From assembly GCA_963745835.1 (NCBI GenBank), contig CAVUZH010000007.1, positions 1-54,974 of the forward strand: 54,974 bases of DNA, in the 5' to 3' direction. The stretch comes from an uncultured delta proteobacterium. Its GTDB lineage: Bacteria; Desulfobacterota; Binatia; UBA9968. The translations under genes and the position numbers were made by a program. Within the stretch, counting starts at the first letter, position 1. Each line of letters starts with the position of its first letter. The notes under the pieces were generated by a model that ran no database searches, had not been told where the DNA came from, and worked only from the letters and a program-made list of their open reading frames with translations. Below are positions 38,681 to 49,507 of the stretch, piece after piece.

Positions 38681-39822
38681 ATGAGGACATTCAATAGAAA
38701 CAGTGCTGGTTTTTTTATCATCATGTGGCTGGCGTTAGGTATTTTCTTTACGAGTGCCAGTGAAGCGGCAGCAGATACTTACTATGTGGCGCAGAACGGA
38801 AGCGATGGAAATTCCTGCGCGGCGGCTCGAAACATCAATACACCCAAGCGCAATATCATGGGAAATAATGGTGGCATCGCGTGCATGCACAGCCCGGGCG
38901 ATACCTTACTGATTCGACAAGGCACTTACCCGGAAATCATAAATAATTATACGGCACCCTATTCGTTGCCGTCAGGAACTGATTGGAATAATGCTTTCAC
39001 TGTCGCGGCGTATCCCGGCGAAACTGTCGTGGTCCAGCGAATTTCTATTGCCACTGACGATCGCCTTCAACTCTCATACTGGATTTTTGACGGCCTCAAT
39101 GTTGTCAATAACGTTCCGGGCAGTGACGAAGCGATATGGATGAGATCGCCCGACCATCTCCGATTCGTCAACATGAAAGTAACTACCGAAGGTCGTGACG
39201 GTGCATTCTGCGTGCGTCGGGGCGGGAACCTTCATAGAGTTCATAAATGTAGAGGTGCATAGCTGCGGCGATCGACCAGGACGGCGTCTACTGGCTTGGC
39301 AGTGATACGTTATTCGATCAGATTAAACTCCATGACACGACAGGATATGGATTTCATATTTACAGCGGACGTTGTGACGAAATCTGTTCAGAGCGGAATA
39401 CCATCAGCAACAGTGAAATTTACAATACGGGGACCGGGATTTTGTTTGCTTTTGGTGACGGGAACCAAGCGTACGGCAACATAGTTCGGAATAACCAGTT
39501 TGGGATTGAGGTTGGATATGGAGCCTCAAACGCTAAGATTTACGACAACGACGTTTATGCAAATCTCCACAACGGAATAACTAGTGGTATCGGTTGGGGG
39601 AACAGCCCGAGCAGTAATGTCATAATCGAAAACAATATAATCGCCTCCAATGGAGGATATGGGATTCTAAATTCCTCTCAGGGATCGCCGCAAGGCGAGC
39701 CGGTTGGAACAATTATCCGAAACAATACCATGTTCAATAACGGATTGGGTGTTACTGGGATCTTGGATACCGGTACAGGTACGATTAATTCAAATAACCT
39801 CACGACTGACGTCGGATTGTAG
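38681..39822 (+). CDS. Secreted right-handed parallel beta-helix protein (frameshifts near 39220 and 39275)
   Basis: Signal peptide; YYVA..GSD.N, PGDTL.IR.GTY.E, AYPGE; Asn/Gly-rich PbH1-type repeats. The bridging sequence (FIEFINVEVH; YWLGSDTLFD...GYGFHIY) reads in other frames. Confidence 0.75.
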
Positions 39823-40183
39823 AATGCCCGTCAGATGCGTGATTTTCGAGCTGGACCAACCAGCGACGGATTGGTTCTGTGTTTAGCCGAAGCTCTCAGC
39901 GCTGACCTAGTCGACCAGCGTCGGCTGTGCCGGCTGTGGACTAGGGCCATTGATGAAGTGGCAGCGACGTAGGCAGAGAAATGCGGCGTCGCTGCCATGT
40001 TTTCGCACCGACTCGTGTGATCTTGGACGTGCCCGTTGAAACGGGTACTTTCTGGGCCCGTCGCCCCGTTACCATCAACCATTCGCTCGCCATCGAACAG
40101 AGACGAAATGTGACAATTTGATTATGCTCGCCGTATTGCTCTATAGCAAACTCATCATTCTCATTGGCTCAGTGGGTCCGAAC

Positions 40184-41242
40184 TTACTCAATTTTCGCAA
40201 AACCAGCTGAATGCATTGCCGGCTTCACCTGCCGCGCAAAACGTTCCATCGATTTGAGAACTTTCTCTTGATTCAAGCCGCCGAAGTGAAACGTCAAACC
40301 GATCTGGGTTGCGCCGACGACTTCGGCAATTCTGTTGATGATACATGCGCAGGTCTCGGGCCCGCCAAAAACGCCGCGGCTGTCTCTGGTCATGGCATCG
40401 TAATCAAGATGAGCGAATACGCGCCGGTAGGCTTCGCTATTTGGATCGAGGTTGAGAGCGGAGAGTGCAAAGCCGCGCCATCGGTTCCAATGATCGAGAA
40501 CATCAATGCGCGCCTCGGCGTCACTGGCGCCGACATAGGCGGGATACATAACGAACACGTCCTTGTCTTCTTTGGAGTGGCCGCCGTCGCGCAGCGCGTT
40601 CCAATACTGTTCGACCCGCGGGCGCTGGATTTCGTTGGTGGCGATCCAAGGCAAGGTCATCAGGTGATGGCCGCGCCTGCCGATCATCTGAAAGCTTTCC
40701 GGATCTTTATTTGCGGTCACGTAAATCGGCGGGTGCGGTTTTTGGATAGGCTTGGGGAAGACGGCAACCTTGGGGAAGGAATAGTGCTTACCGGTCCACT
40801 CAAATTCTCCGCCGGTCCAGGCGCGGATAACGATATCCAAAGCTTCCGGTAATCTTTGCTGAGCGGTGTCCCAGTCGGCGCTGAAGACTTTGTATTCCGT
40901 CGGATGCATGCCGCGGCCGGCGCCGAGAATGACCCGGCCATTGGAAAGCAGATCCACCATGGCGAATTCCTCGGCGATGCGCAACGGATTGTGCATCGGC
41001 AGAATCGACACCGCCGCACCCAGCCGCATGTTTCTCGTGCGCTGCGCCGCCGCGGCGAGAAGCACCGATGGGCTCGGCATCATGCCGCCGAAATAACGAA
41101 AGTGATGTTCCGTTACCCACAAAGAATTGAAGCCAAGATCTTCGGCCGCGTCGATCTGCTCGAGCCAGCGAGCATAGAGCTCAGGGCTTTCGCCGTCGAG
41201 TTCCGGCACGTAAGTATTTAAAAGATAGTAGCCAAACTTCAC
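40184..41242 (-). CDS. LLM-class flavin-dependent oxidoreductase
   Basis: WVTEHHF, P...AEE.A.VD.LSNGR...G.GRG, PKP.QKPHPP. Confidence 0.92.
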   Translation of the reverse strand: MKFGYYLLNTYVPELDGESPELYARWLEQIDAAEDLGFNSLWVTEHHFRYFGGMMPSPSVLLAAAAQRTRNMRLGAAVSILPMHNPLRIAEEFAMVDLLSNGRVILGAGRGMHPTEYKVFSADWDTAQQRLPEALDIVIRAWTGGEFEWTGKHYSFPKVAVFPKPIQKPHPPIYVTANKDPESFQMIGRRGHHLMTLPWIATNEIQRPRVEQYWNALRDGGHSKEDKDVFVMYPAYVGASDAEARIDVLDHWNRWRGFALSALNLDPNSEAYRRVFAHLDYDAMTRDSRGVFGGPETCACIINRIAEVVGATQIGLTFHFGGLNQEKVLKSMERFARQVKPAMHSAGFAKIE

Positions 41243-41556
41243 GATCAGGGATCTCCTGCAGGTGGGCGTTAAAGTTTCATGAGAGTCTTTTCTCGCTTAT
41301 TCCATTTCATGCGTTGTCCTTTCAAATCCCGCCCGTCAAATTGACAAAAGGACCGAGCGCGAGCCATCCGGAGCCAAGCCAAATAAGCCGCAGCCTTGTA
41401 AGAGCCTGCAATCTCCGGCTTTTACAGCTGACTCCAGACAAATTGTCAACCTAGATCCAAGCACCACAAACGCCTTGAGGTTGTTCGCTTCTATGCCTTC
41501 GCTCCTCCAGGCCCGCTTCTCAATCATATCGAGATAACTTTGTCCGCGATTACATG

Positions 41557-42585
41557 TTATCGGACCGCCGGTGCTTTGAAGCCGGCAATCGTGGCCCGCC
41601 AGCAGTCTTCCTTTTCACCAGGCTTTACAGGAAAATAATAGCTCACCCGATCTATTAAGCCGTGATATTTTTCCAGCACCCGCGCCGGCAGCTCCGCCCA
41701 GGTACCGCGCAGCGCGAAAGCGTCAAGCATCGCGTCGCTAATCAGCAACGGCATATCGTTCCACCGGCCGGACGCCGCCAGGCGCCCGAGCTGCTGAGCC
41801 GTTTCGCCCCAACCTTCGATTTCGAAAACCGGGCGGTACGGAGGAGTACTGGCATAAAACGCAATCTGCTGGCGAATCTCAGATTCGTGCCGCTCGACTT
41901 GTCTCGGATCATCGGTGGGGATGACAAAGATACTGCTCGACAGCTCGATTGCTTTACGATCGCGATCGCCTTGGGTCAAACCGCGTCGAATACTGGGTGT
42001 GACTACTTCGCGGAGATAGCGGCTAGTGTGCAGCGGGTGAACGTGAAACCCCTGGCATAATTCGCCGGCGAGCTGGCACATGCGCGAATTGACTCCGGCG
42101 ATGTAGATCGGGATACGATAATATTCGTGTGGCTCAGGGCTGAAAAACGGCGTCATCAGAGTCAGTTTGTAAAACTCGCCCTGGAAGTTGAGCTTCGTCC
42201 CATTCTGCCAACAGTCCCAAATAGCTCTCAACGCCAGGATCACTTCGCGCATCTTTTCGACTGGTTTTTCCCACTTCACGCCGAAGCGCCGCTCATTGTG
42301 TCCCTTGACCTGAGTGCCGAGTCCCATAATAAACCGACCGTTGGAGAAACGCGCCAGATCCCAGCCGGTATGAGCCAAGATGGTTGGACTGCGGGCGAAT
42401 GCTACCGCGATACTCGTTCCCAGACTCAAGTTCCGGCTATGCTCGGCCGCCAACACCAAGGGCAAGAAGGGCTCATGCGCCGTTTCGAATGTCCATAACC
42501 CATCGAACCCTGCTCCATCTGCGAAACGCGCAAGCGCGGGCATCTGGCGCAGATCATGAACCAGCAGGCTAGCGTCGATTTTCAT
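41557..42585 (-). CDS. LLM-class putative F420-dependent oxidoreductase (TIGR03617-like)
   Basis: E..HEPF, GTSIAVAFARSP, GLGTQVK.HNERRF, LMTPFF, FYASTP.Y. Confidence 0.88.
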   Translation of the reverse strand: MKIDASLLVHDLRQMPALARFADGAGFDGLWTFETAHEPFLPLVLAAEHSRNLSLGTSIAVAFARSPTILAHTGWDLARFSNGRFIMGLGTQVKGHNERRFGVKWEKPVEKMREVILALRAIWDCWQNGTKLNFQGEFYKLTLMTPFFSPEPHEYYRIPIYIAGVNSRMCQLAGELCQGFHVHPLHTSRYLREVVTPSIRRGLTQGDRDRKAIELSSSIFVIPTDDPRQVERHESEIRQQIAFYASTPPYRPVFEIEGWGETAQQLGRLAASGRWNDMPLLISDAMLDAFALRGTWAELPARVLEKYHGLIDRVSYYFPVKPGEKEDCWRATIAGFKAPAVR

Positions 42586-42744
42586 CGGTCTACATCCCCA
42601 TTTGACACTGCTCCAACTTAGCAACAAACGGCATCGACGAAAATGCTCGGCTACCGAAAAGATCGCGAGTAGGGCGCCGGGTGGCTTGCATCCGCGCCAC
42701 GTTCGAGAAGATACAGTCCTTCACTACCGGTTATCCGGCAACAG

Positions 42745-42912
42745 AATGAGAATCACCACGGAAGCAGTGAAGACGATTGAGGCCCTCTTACAGAAAGAGA
42801 GAACGACGGGATGGGCGGTGGCCAAGCCGGGGGGACTTCATCGCTATTGAATCGCCGACTTTTTACGGCACGCTGCAGGCAATCGAAAGTCTCGGCATGA
42901 AAGCTGTTGTTT
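42745..42912 (+). pseudogene. Fragment of a MocR/GntR-type PLP-dependent aminotransferase-like domain
   Basis: AVAKPG/DFIAIESPTFYGTLQAIESLGMKAV across a G-run frameshift; the rest of the gene is absent. Confidence 0.65.
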
Positions 42913-43034
42913 CAAACCCGCACCAAAGACTAGTAGATCTACCCCGCGTCGGATATTGTAGAACAGCGTCGTTAGCTGTAGTAAATTCCCCCCGGCGGGA
43001 ACAATCCCTGCACGTTCGGCAAGGAGGCGCGACC

Positions 43035-44249
43035 ATGGCCATGAAAAAAAATAGAAAACTCACGGACGCCGACTTGGCCCGGGTGGGGCCGGACACTCCT
43101 GCAGGACAATGGCTCCGGCATTACTGGTTAGCGATCTCCCGTGCCGAAGACCTCAAAGACATTCCTCTCGGAGTCAAGATTCTTGGCGAAGAGTTAGTGC
43201 TGTTTCGCGATGATCGGCAGCGGCTCGGTTTATTAGGCAGGCACTGCGCACACCGTGGCTCGTCGCTGGAATACGGCGACGTCGAGTGCGGCGGCATTCG
43301 CTGTCCGTATCATGGTTGGCTCTATGACGTTGAAGGCCGATGTCTCGAGCAACCCGCCGAACCCAAAGACAGCAAATTTCATTTGAAGGTTAGACAGCTT
43401 TGGTATCCGGTGAAGGAACTCGGAGGTCTCATCTTCGCTTACATGGGTCCCGACAGAAAATCCCCCCCGCCCTTGCCCCGGTACGCGACACTAGTGCGCA
43501 ACGACGGAAAGCTTTTTCATGAAGCGACTCGTCACTACGCTTACAATTGGTTCAATTTCTTTGAGAATGCGCCGGACGTGACCCATCTATCGATCCTGCA
43601 CAAAAACAGCGGTTACGGAAAACAAACCTGGGGCAACAATTTTTTTAATTATCACGACATTCCGCCTTTCGAACCCGTCGAGACGGAGTTCGGCGTCAAG
43701 GCGGTTTCGCGAAAACCGGGCCCGACGCCGAATACGGAATATGTCCACGAGCTCGGCGCCTTTTTACCAGGCATTCTCGATCTCGGCAGCGTAAACAGTA
43801 CCGGCAGCGAAGAGCCTGACAATGAGCATACGATCTTTCTCACGCCCAACGATGACGATCACTTCATGTTGTTTTCGATCGATTACTACACCGGCCGCGA
43901 TCCGGATTTTTTCGATAAAATTATGTCAAGGCGTTACGGACCGGCCAAAAAAGAGGAGCCCAAGGAATACGACCGGCGCAAATACAAGGCATGGAAGAGC
44001 AGCATCGCACTGGAAGACATCGTAACGCAGGAGACGCAAGGGACTTTGGGCGCGCGGCAAGAGCAACTCGGTTACGCAGACCGTGGCGTGATCATGTTGC
44101 GCCGGATGGTTCGCGAAGCAATCGCGACGACGCTCCGAGGTGGCAGGCCCAGAGGAGTTTTCAGCGACAAAGAAGCCGACAGGATCATTGATTTTGGCTG
44201 CTTCACGGGAATAAAGCCGAAAGCAAATACAAGCGGGCGATGTAAATAA
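43035..44249 (+). CDS. Rieske non-heme iron oxygenase alpha subunit (phthalate dioxygenase / LigX-like)
   Basis: RBS AAGGAGG; GPDTPAG, CAHRG...CPYHGW Rieske motif, ENAPDVTHLSILH mononuclear Fe site, E.LG..D.G...R. Confidence 0.92.
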   Translation: MAMKKNRKLTDADLARVGPDTPAGQWLRHYWLAISRAEDLKDIPLGVKILGEELVLFRDDRQRLGLLGRHCAHRGSSLEYGDVECGGIRCPYHGWLYDVEGRCLEQPAEPKDSKFHLKVRQLWYPVKELGGLIFAYMGPDRKSPPPLPRYATLVRNDGKLFHEATRHYAYNWFNFFENAPDVTHLSILHKNSGYGKQTWGNNFFNYHDIPPFEPVETEFGVKAVSRKPGPTPNTEYVHELGAFLPGILDLGSVNSTGSEEPDNEHTIFLTPNDDDHFMLFSIDYYTGRDPDFFDKIMSRRYGPAKKEEPKEYDRRKYKAWKSSIALEDIVTQETQGTLGARQEQLGYADRGVIMLRRMVREAIATTLRGGRPRGVFSDKEADRIIDFGCFTGIKPKANTSGRCK

Positions 44250-44322
44250 AGCGGCTTGCGCGATCTTGGTGCGACAGCAAAGGGAATCGGATCGCAAGGT
44301 ACACGAGAAAGAGATTATCCTT

Positions 44323-45357
44323 ATGATGAAACAGACAAAACCGATCATTGCGATGGTTTTCGCGGCGGCGTTTGTGATCGTTTCGGGAGCAACCGCGCAC
44401 GCGCAAGATGTTTATAAAGACAAAACTCTCACTTTTATTGTCGGCTATTCGCCGGGCGGCACCTATGATCAATACACCCGGCTGATCGCGCGCCATATCG
44501 GCAAGTACCTCCCCGGGAACCCCACCGCAATCGTCGAGAACATGCCCGGCGCCGGCGGCATCATTGCGGCCAATCATCTTTATAACCGAGCGAAACCGGA
44601 CGGACTCACCATCGCCGCCTGGGCGTCACCGCTGATCCTCCAACAGATCATGGGCAATGAAGCGATCAAATTCGATGGTCGCAAAGTTGGTTGGGTCGGT
44701 ATTCCTGGCCCATACGATACCGCCTGTCATTTCAGCCGGGAAAGCGGCATTAGAACGTTGGACGATTGGTTTGCCGCCAAACGGCCGATAAAGATTTCTT
44801 CGATCGGACCGGGGACGAGCCTATCCGATGTTCCCAAGCTTCTGAAAGCCGCGCTCAACCTGCCGCTGGAGATGGTCGAAGGCTACAAAGGCGGCGCCGA
44901 GGCTAGGCTGGCGGTTGAAAACAACGAAGTCGACGGCCTGTGTGCATCGTGGCAGGCGACGAAGGTCTCGTGGCGCAGTCAGATAGAGTCGGGAAAAATC
45001 CGTGTCGTATTGCAGGCGACTCAAAAATCGCATCCTGACCTCAAAGACGTTCCGCTAGCGATGAATTACGCCAAGACCGAAGAGGCGCGAACGCTTCTGC
45101 GCGTTGCAGACAACGTACACGTCTATCAATTTCCGTATTCCGTGGCGCCGAGTACGCCGCCCGAGCGACTGCAGGTTCTTCAGCAGGCTTTCGTCAAAAC
45201 ATTGCGCGATCGTGAGCTAATGGCGGAGGCGGACAAGGCCCAGTTAGAAGTCGATCCGATCGACGGGCCGACGACGACCAAGACATTCGAAAGTCTCTTT
45301 GAATTGACACCGCCCCTCATCGCTAAATTGAAGGGCCTTCTGATACCGAAACGATAG
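44323..45357 (+). CDS. TctC/Bug-family substrate-binding protein
   Basis: VGYSPGGTYD..TR, VENMPGAGG, PDGLT, GYKG. Confidence 0.9.
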   Translation: MMKQTKPIIAMVFAAAFVIVSGATAHAQDVYKDKTLTFIVGYSPGGTYDQYTRLIARHIGKYLPGNPTAIVENMPGAGGIIAANHLYNRAKPDGLTIAAWASPLILQQIMGNEAIKFDGRKVGWVGIPGPYDTACHFSRESGIRTLDDWFAAKRPIKISSIGPGTSLSDVPKLLKAALNLPLEMVEGYKGGAEARLAVENNEVDGLCASWQATKVSWRSQIESGKIRVVLQATQKSHPDLKDVPLAMNYAKTEEARTLLRVADNVHVYQFPYSVAPSTPPERLQVLQQAFVKTLRDRELMAEADKAQLEVDPIDGPTTTKTFESLFELTPPLIAKLKGLLIPKR

Positions 45358-45505
45358 GTACACGGCTTGAGAGTGCCGGCTAGTGCGATCTCTTTGTTTC
45401 TTCCCCTCTTGGCGCGAGCGCTCACCGGAAGCCCGCCGCCCAGCGGCAAAGCTGCAAAGAATGCCAAAGGTCTGTCCGTAATCTCAAGATGAGGACGCAA
45501 GCAGA

Positions 45506-46375
45506 ATGAAAAAGATCGTTGTTACGGGTGGCAGCGGCAGGTTGGGACAGTTCGTCATTCGTGAGTTGCTAGCGCACCGTTATGAGGTTCTCAGTCTCGA
45601 CAGAGTGCCGCCGCGTGAAAAGTTGTGCGCGACCTGGATCGCCGACCTGCGCAACACGGGCGATCTTTTCGAAGCGGCCAATGGCGCCTACGGCCTTGTC
45701 CATCTCGGCGCGTATCAAGCGCCTAATCTCGCGCCGGATGCGGAGACCTTCAGCAACAACGTGACAGCGACTTACAACCTGCTGCGCGCCGCCGCTGATT
45801 TAGGCGTAAAAAAAGTCGTGATCGCGTCGAGCACCGCAGCCTTTGGTTTCATCTATGCCAAAAATCTTTGGGCGGCGGATTATCTGCCACTCGATGAAAG
45901 TCATCCGTCCAAGCCACAGGACTCTTACGGCCTTTCCAAAGTTGTCGGCGAGCAAATCGCCGATTCAATCGTGACCGCACATGAAGTGATGACGATCAGC
46001 AGCCTGCGCTTTCCCGGAGTGAACTTCGATCTCTCGTACGCGAGCTTCAGGGACAGGTGGCTTAACCCGCAGACGCGGGCGAGTGGTTTTTGGAGCTATA
46101 TCGACGCGCGCGACGCCGCGATGGCCTGCCGATTAGCCCTGGAAGTAAAGTTTCGCGGACACGAAGTCTTTATAGCGTCGGCACCGAACAACTGCATGAC
46201 ACAACCAACTCTGGAACTCATCAGGAAGTATCTTCCGCAGGGCATAAAAATAAAACCGGTATCCGGCACGCACTGGAGCTGCGTCGATTCAGCGAAAGCG
46301 CAGCGGATACTTGGATTCAAGCCGAGTCACGTCTGGCAGGACTATCTGAAACAGGAACAAAATACGGCTAGCTAA
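45506..46375 (+). CDS. NAD-dependent epimerase/dehydratase (extended SDR)
   Basis: TGGSGRLG, ASS, YGLSK, YID.RD. Confidence 0.9.
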   Translation: MKKIVVTGGSGRLGQFVIRELLAHRYEVLSLDRVPPREKLCATWIADLRNTGDLFEAANGAYGLVHLGAYQAPNLAPDAETFSNNVTATYNLLRAAADLGVKKVVIASSTAAFGFIYAKNLWAADYLPLDESHPSKPQDSYGLSKVVGEQIADSIVTAHEVMTISSLRFPGVNFDLSYASFRDRWLNPQTRASGFWSYIDARDAAMACRLALEVKFRGHEVFIASAPNNCMTQPTLELIRKYLPQGIKIKPVSGTHWSCVDSAKAQRILGFKPSHVWQDYLKQEQNTAS

Positions 46376-46781
46376 TTCCCGGTAACGCAGGTAAGCCAAC
46401 TCAAATTACTGTTTGGTTTAGACTCGGTTCTTTGAGCATTCGGTCCTGGTTTAAAGCGCGACAAACCCCCGAGTTTCTTGACCGGCACGCACTGCTGCAA
46501 GCGCTTTTCGCCGGTCTCGTAATCCACGCCTGCGCTTGGGCTTAATCCTCATCGGACCATAAACCGAGATCATAACCGAACATGGCTCCTGCGGTTGAGT
46601 TTTGGCTAACTCGAGTCCTCCCAAAGCTGCTTGGGCACGCTCCGTATATTCTCTCTTCGGAAAACACCGGCGGATAGTCATGAACGCAAGAAACAGCCGT
46701 GACAGCATATAGCTTAAACGCCGCAAAAGGCGCGCTCGGCCTAAACGTTTCGGACGGCTTGAAGGACCTGAACGCGGATCA

Positions 46782-48356
46782 TCAATATCCCAGCGCGCAG
46801 CCGCCTTTGCGCGGGTCGGAGCCTCCCATGAAAGCTCCGGATTGTGGATCGATGACGATCGCGTGAGCGCCGCCGAAGCTCTCCGGATTTCCAGCGGCGA
46901 TCCGGTGGCCTCGGCGCAACAATTCATCCCTGACCACTTGAGGGAATTTCGGTTCCAAGGCCACTTTGTCCGCGTCAATATGATTGAAGCGCGCCGCCGA
47001 AATCGCTTCTTGAACCGTCATGCCGAAATCGATCAGGTTACAGATGATCTGCGCCTGAACTTGCGGCTGCACGTGGCCGCCTTTCAGTCCGAGCGCGGCG
47101 TAGGGTTTTCCGCGGCGCAAGATCATCCCGGGCATCAATGTATGCACGCAGCGCTTGTGCGGGCCGATACAATTCGGATGGTTGTCATCCAGCGAAAATA
47201 AGTGACCGCGATTCTGCAGGATAATCGCAGTTTCAGGTTCGACCACGCCGGAACCGAATCCCATGAAATTGCTCTGAATAAAGGACACGAGATTGCCTTC
47301 ACTATCGGCGGCGGCGACATATTCTGTGTCGGTGCCCGATGGCGCATTGATCATTTCGCCGGCGGCGTGATCGGTTCGGATTTTTTGCCGCTGAAAATCG
47401 GCGTGATTTCTGGATATGAGATCCGTGACCGGCACTTTCATGAAATCGCGATCGGCGAGATGTCGATCGCGGTCGGCAAAAGCGAGCTTCTTAGCCTCAA
47501 TCATCAGATGCAAGGCATCGGCGCTGTTCCCGTGCAATGATTTCAGATCGAAACCTTCGAGGATCTTCAGCATCTCTAGCGCGACAAAGCCTTGAGTTGC
47601 CGGAGGGAGCTCATAGATATCGTAGCCGCGGTAATTGGCTGTGATCGGCTCCACCCAATCCGAACGATGCGCCGCGAAATCTTCGAGGGTAAACAGCCCA
47701 CCATTCTTTTCAGAGCAGCGAACCATCTTCGCCGCGATATCGCCCCGGTAGAAAACCTCAGGGCCTTCATCAGCGATGCGCCGCAACGTTTTTGCCATGC
47801 GCGGGTTCTTGAAGATCTCTCCTGCTCGAGGCGTCCGACCTTCGGTGAGATAATTAAGCGATCCGCCTTCATCGGCTGCCAGTCTCGCTTGCGACTCCTG
47901 CCACTGCTCCGCCGTCAGCTCGGCCACAGGAAAACCATCTTCGGCGTGGCGAATCGCGGTTTGCAGGACATCAGCGAGCTTCATCGTGCCGTACGCGTCC
48001 AACAGCGTCGCCCAGCCATGCACCGCTCCTGGAACGGTGACGGAATGAATGCCGCGTTGCGGCATCTCTTGGAAGCCGTTCTTGCGGCAGAACGCGAGGC
48101 TCGCCGCGTGCGGCGATCTACCGCTGGCATCGAGGGCCCTGATTTTCTTTTCCTTGGCTGAATAGAACAAGCAGAATGCGTCCCCGCCGATGCCGATGGA
48201 GCTCGGTTCAACGACCCCGAGCACCGCCGCTGTCGCGATCGCCGCGTCGATGGCATTGCCGCCGTTCATAAGAATCTGCACACCAGCGAGGGTCGCCAGC
48301 GGCTGGCTCGACGCGACCATGCCGTTTTTGGCCAAAATGGAAAATTCTGTTGTCAT
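46782..48356 (-). CDS. ggt: Gamma-glutamyltransferase family (Ntn hydrolase)
   Basis: GGNAIDAA, IGGD.F, VTVPG, DT autoprocessing Thr, QS...GFGSG, QNRG, DPRKGG. Confidence 0.92.
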   Translation of the reverse strand: MTTEFSILAKNGMVASSQPLATLAGVQILMNGGNAIDAAIATAAVLGVVEPSSIGIGGDAFCLFYSAKEKKIRALDASGRSPHAASLAFCRKNGFQEMPQRGIHSVTVPGAVHGWATLLDAYGTMKLADVLQTAIRHAEDGFPVAELTAEQWQESQARLAADEGGSLNYLTEGRTPRAGEIFKNPRMAKTLRRIADEGPEVFYRGDIAAKMVRCSEKNGGLFTLEDFAAHRSDWVEPITANYRGYDIYELPPATQGFVALEMLKILEGFDLKSLHGNSADALHLMIEAKKLAFADRDRHLADRDFMKVPVTDLISRNHADFQRQKIRTDHAAGEMINAPSGTDTEYVAAADSEGNLVSFIQSNFMGFGSGVVEPETAIILQNRGHLFSLDDNHPNCIGPHKRCVHTLMPGMILRRGKPYAALGLKGGHVQPQVQAQIICNLIDFGMTVQEAISAARFNHIDADKVALEPKFPQVVRDELLRRGHRIAAGNPESFGGAHAIVIDPQSGAFMGGSDPRKGGCALGY

Positions 48357-48404
48357 AGATTCCTGGCGCGCGAAGATGGCGTACGCTGCGGGGATTTGCG
48401 CCGC

Positions 48405-49424
48405 TTAGCGCGTTTTGAGAATTTGCGAGTAGAGCTTTGCCGTCTCATCGAGATTCTGCATCTCTTCCGGATGCACCACATGACGCTTGTAGCCGCGAAA
48501 CAGGCGGGCCGGTTTTGGTTCGACATCGCTGCGCGATGGGATGCGTTGGAAATCCCAAAGTTTTTCCTGCCCTTCTTTTGACAAAGTGAAATCGATAAAC
48601 AGCTTGGCCGCATTCGGATGGCTTGCTTTGGCTCCGGCCATGACGGTATTGACCGAAATCACCGCGGGCTCCAGCGCCACCCAATCGACGGGCGCGCCTT
48701 TCTCCGTGAGATATTGGATGATGTTGGCGTAAGCGATCACCAGAGGAAATTCGCCGGCGGCGGCCAACTGAGCTCGCATGGTGCTGCCGCGCATGACCAC
48801 CGGTTCTTGTTCCGCCAATTTTTTCAGGTAATCGAGCCCCCTGTCTTTGCCCCAAGCCGAGATCAAACCTTGGAGAAGGGTCACGTACGTCGAATCAATC
48901 GAAATTTTTCGTTCGCTCCATCTCGGCTGCAAAAGATCGTCGTAGCTGCTGGGAATCGGTTGTCCCTTCGTGAGATGGGTGTTGTACCCTAACACTATCG
49001 AATTGACATATACCGACGTCCAAAAACCTTTTTTATCCTTCAAGTCGTCCGGAATCATTTTACGTTCCGGAGAAGCATAGGAAGCAAGAAGCCCCATGTT
49101 CAGAAGCGGCAGGACAATCTCGCCGGTGCCATGGGCCACATCAAAATAGCTCTTGCCGGCCTTAGCTTCAGTGCTGATTCGACTCAGTAAAGCGTTTCCA
49201 CCCAATCGAATAATGGAAGGCTTCAAAAACGGGTATTTTCGGCGGAACCGTTCCATGAACGACGTGCTTTGATCCGCGCTCATGGTGGTATACCAGACGA
49301 TTTCTCCTTCCTTGCGCGCCGCTTGAATAATCTTTGGATCGGATCCTTCCTGTGCATTCGCGGCAATCGCCGAGGCAGCGACAATCCACGCCGACAGCAA
49401 GAGTTTACAGCAAAACACCTTCAT
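48405..49424 (-). CDS. ABC transporter substrate-binding protein (AfuA/Fe3+-thiamine-like cluster)
   Basis: Signal peptide; A.KEG...WY, YN, GE, A.HPNAAKLFIDF.LS.EGQ. Confidence 0.88.
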   Translation of the reverse strand: MKVFCCKLLLSAWIVAASAIAANAQEGSDPKIIQAARKEGEIVWYTTMSADQSTSFMERFRRKYPFLKPSIIRLGGNALLSRISTEAKAGKSYFDVAHGTGEIVLPLLNMGLLASYASPERKMIPDDLKDKKGFWTSVYVNSIVLGYNTHLTKGQPIPSSYDDLLQPRWSERKISIDSTYVTLLQGLISAWGKDRGLDYLKKLAEQEPVVMRGSTMRAQLAAAGEFPLVIAYANIIQYLTEKGAPVDWVALEPAVISVNTVMAGAKASHPNAAKLFIDFTLSKEGQEKLWDFQRIPSRSDVEPKPARLFRGYKRHVVHPEEMQNLDETAKLYSQILKTR

Positions 49425-49507
49425 CGGATTTTGTCCTCAATGGATTGCAGGCCCGTTAATGCACTCAGCTCACGGCGTCGTTGAATTCGCTTGAAAAGCC
49501 ACGCTTT

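Noticed and set aside
42777-43034. 86-aa N-terminal extension of the Rieske ORF
   Set aside because: A strong RBS precedes the ATG at 43035; the extension is a chance in-frame read through an aminotransferase relic.
46451-46978. 175-aa ORF overlapping the ggt 3' end
   Set aside because: It overlaps ggt in another frame and has no recognisable motif or RBS.
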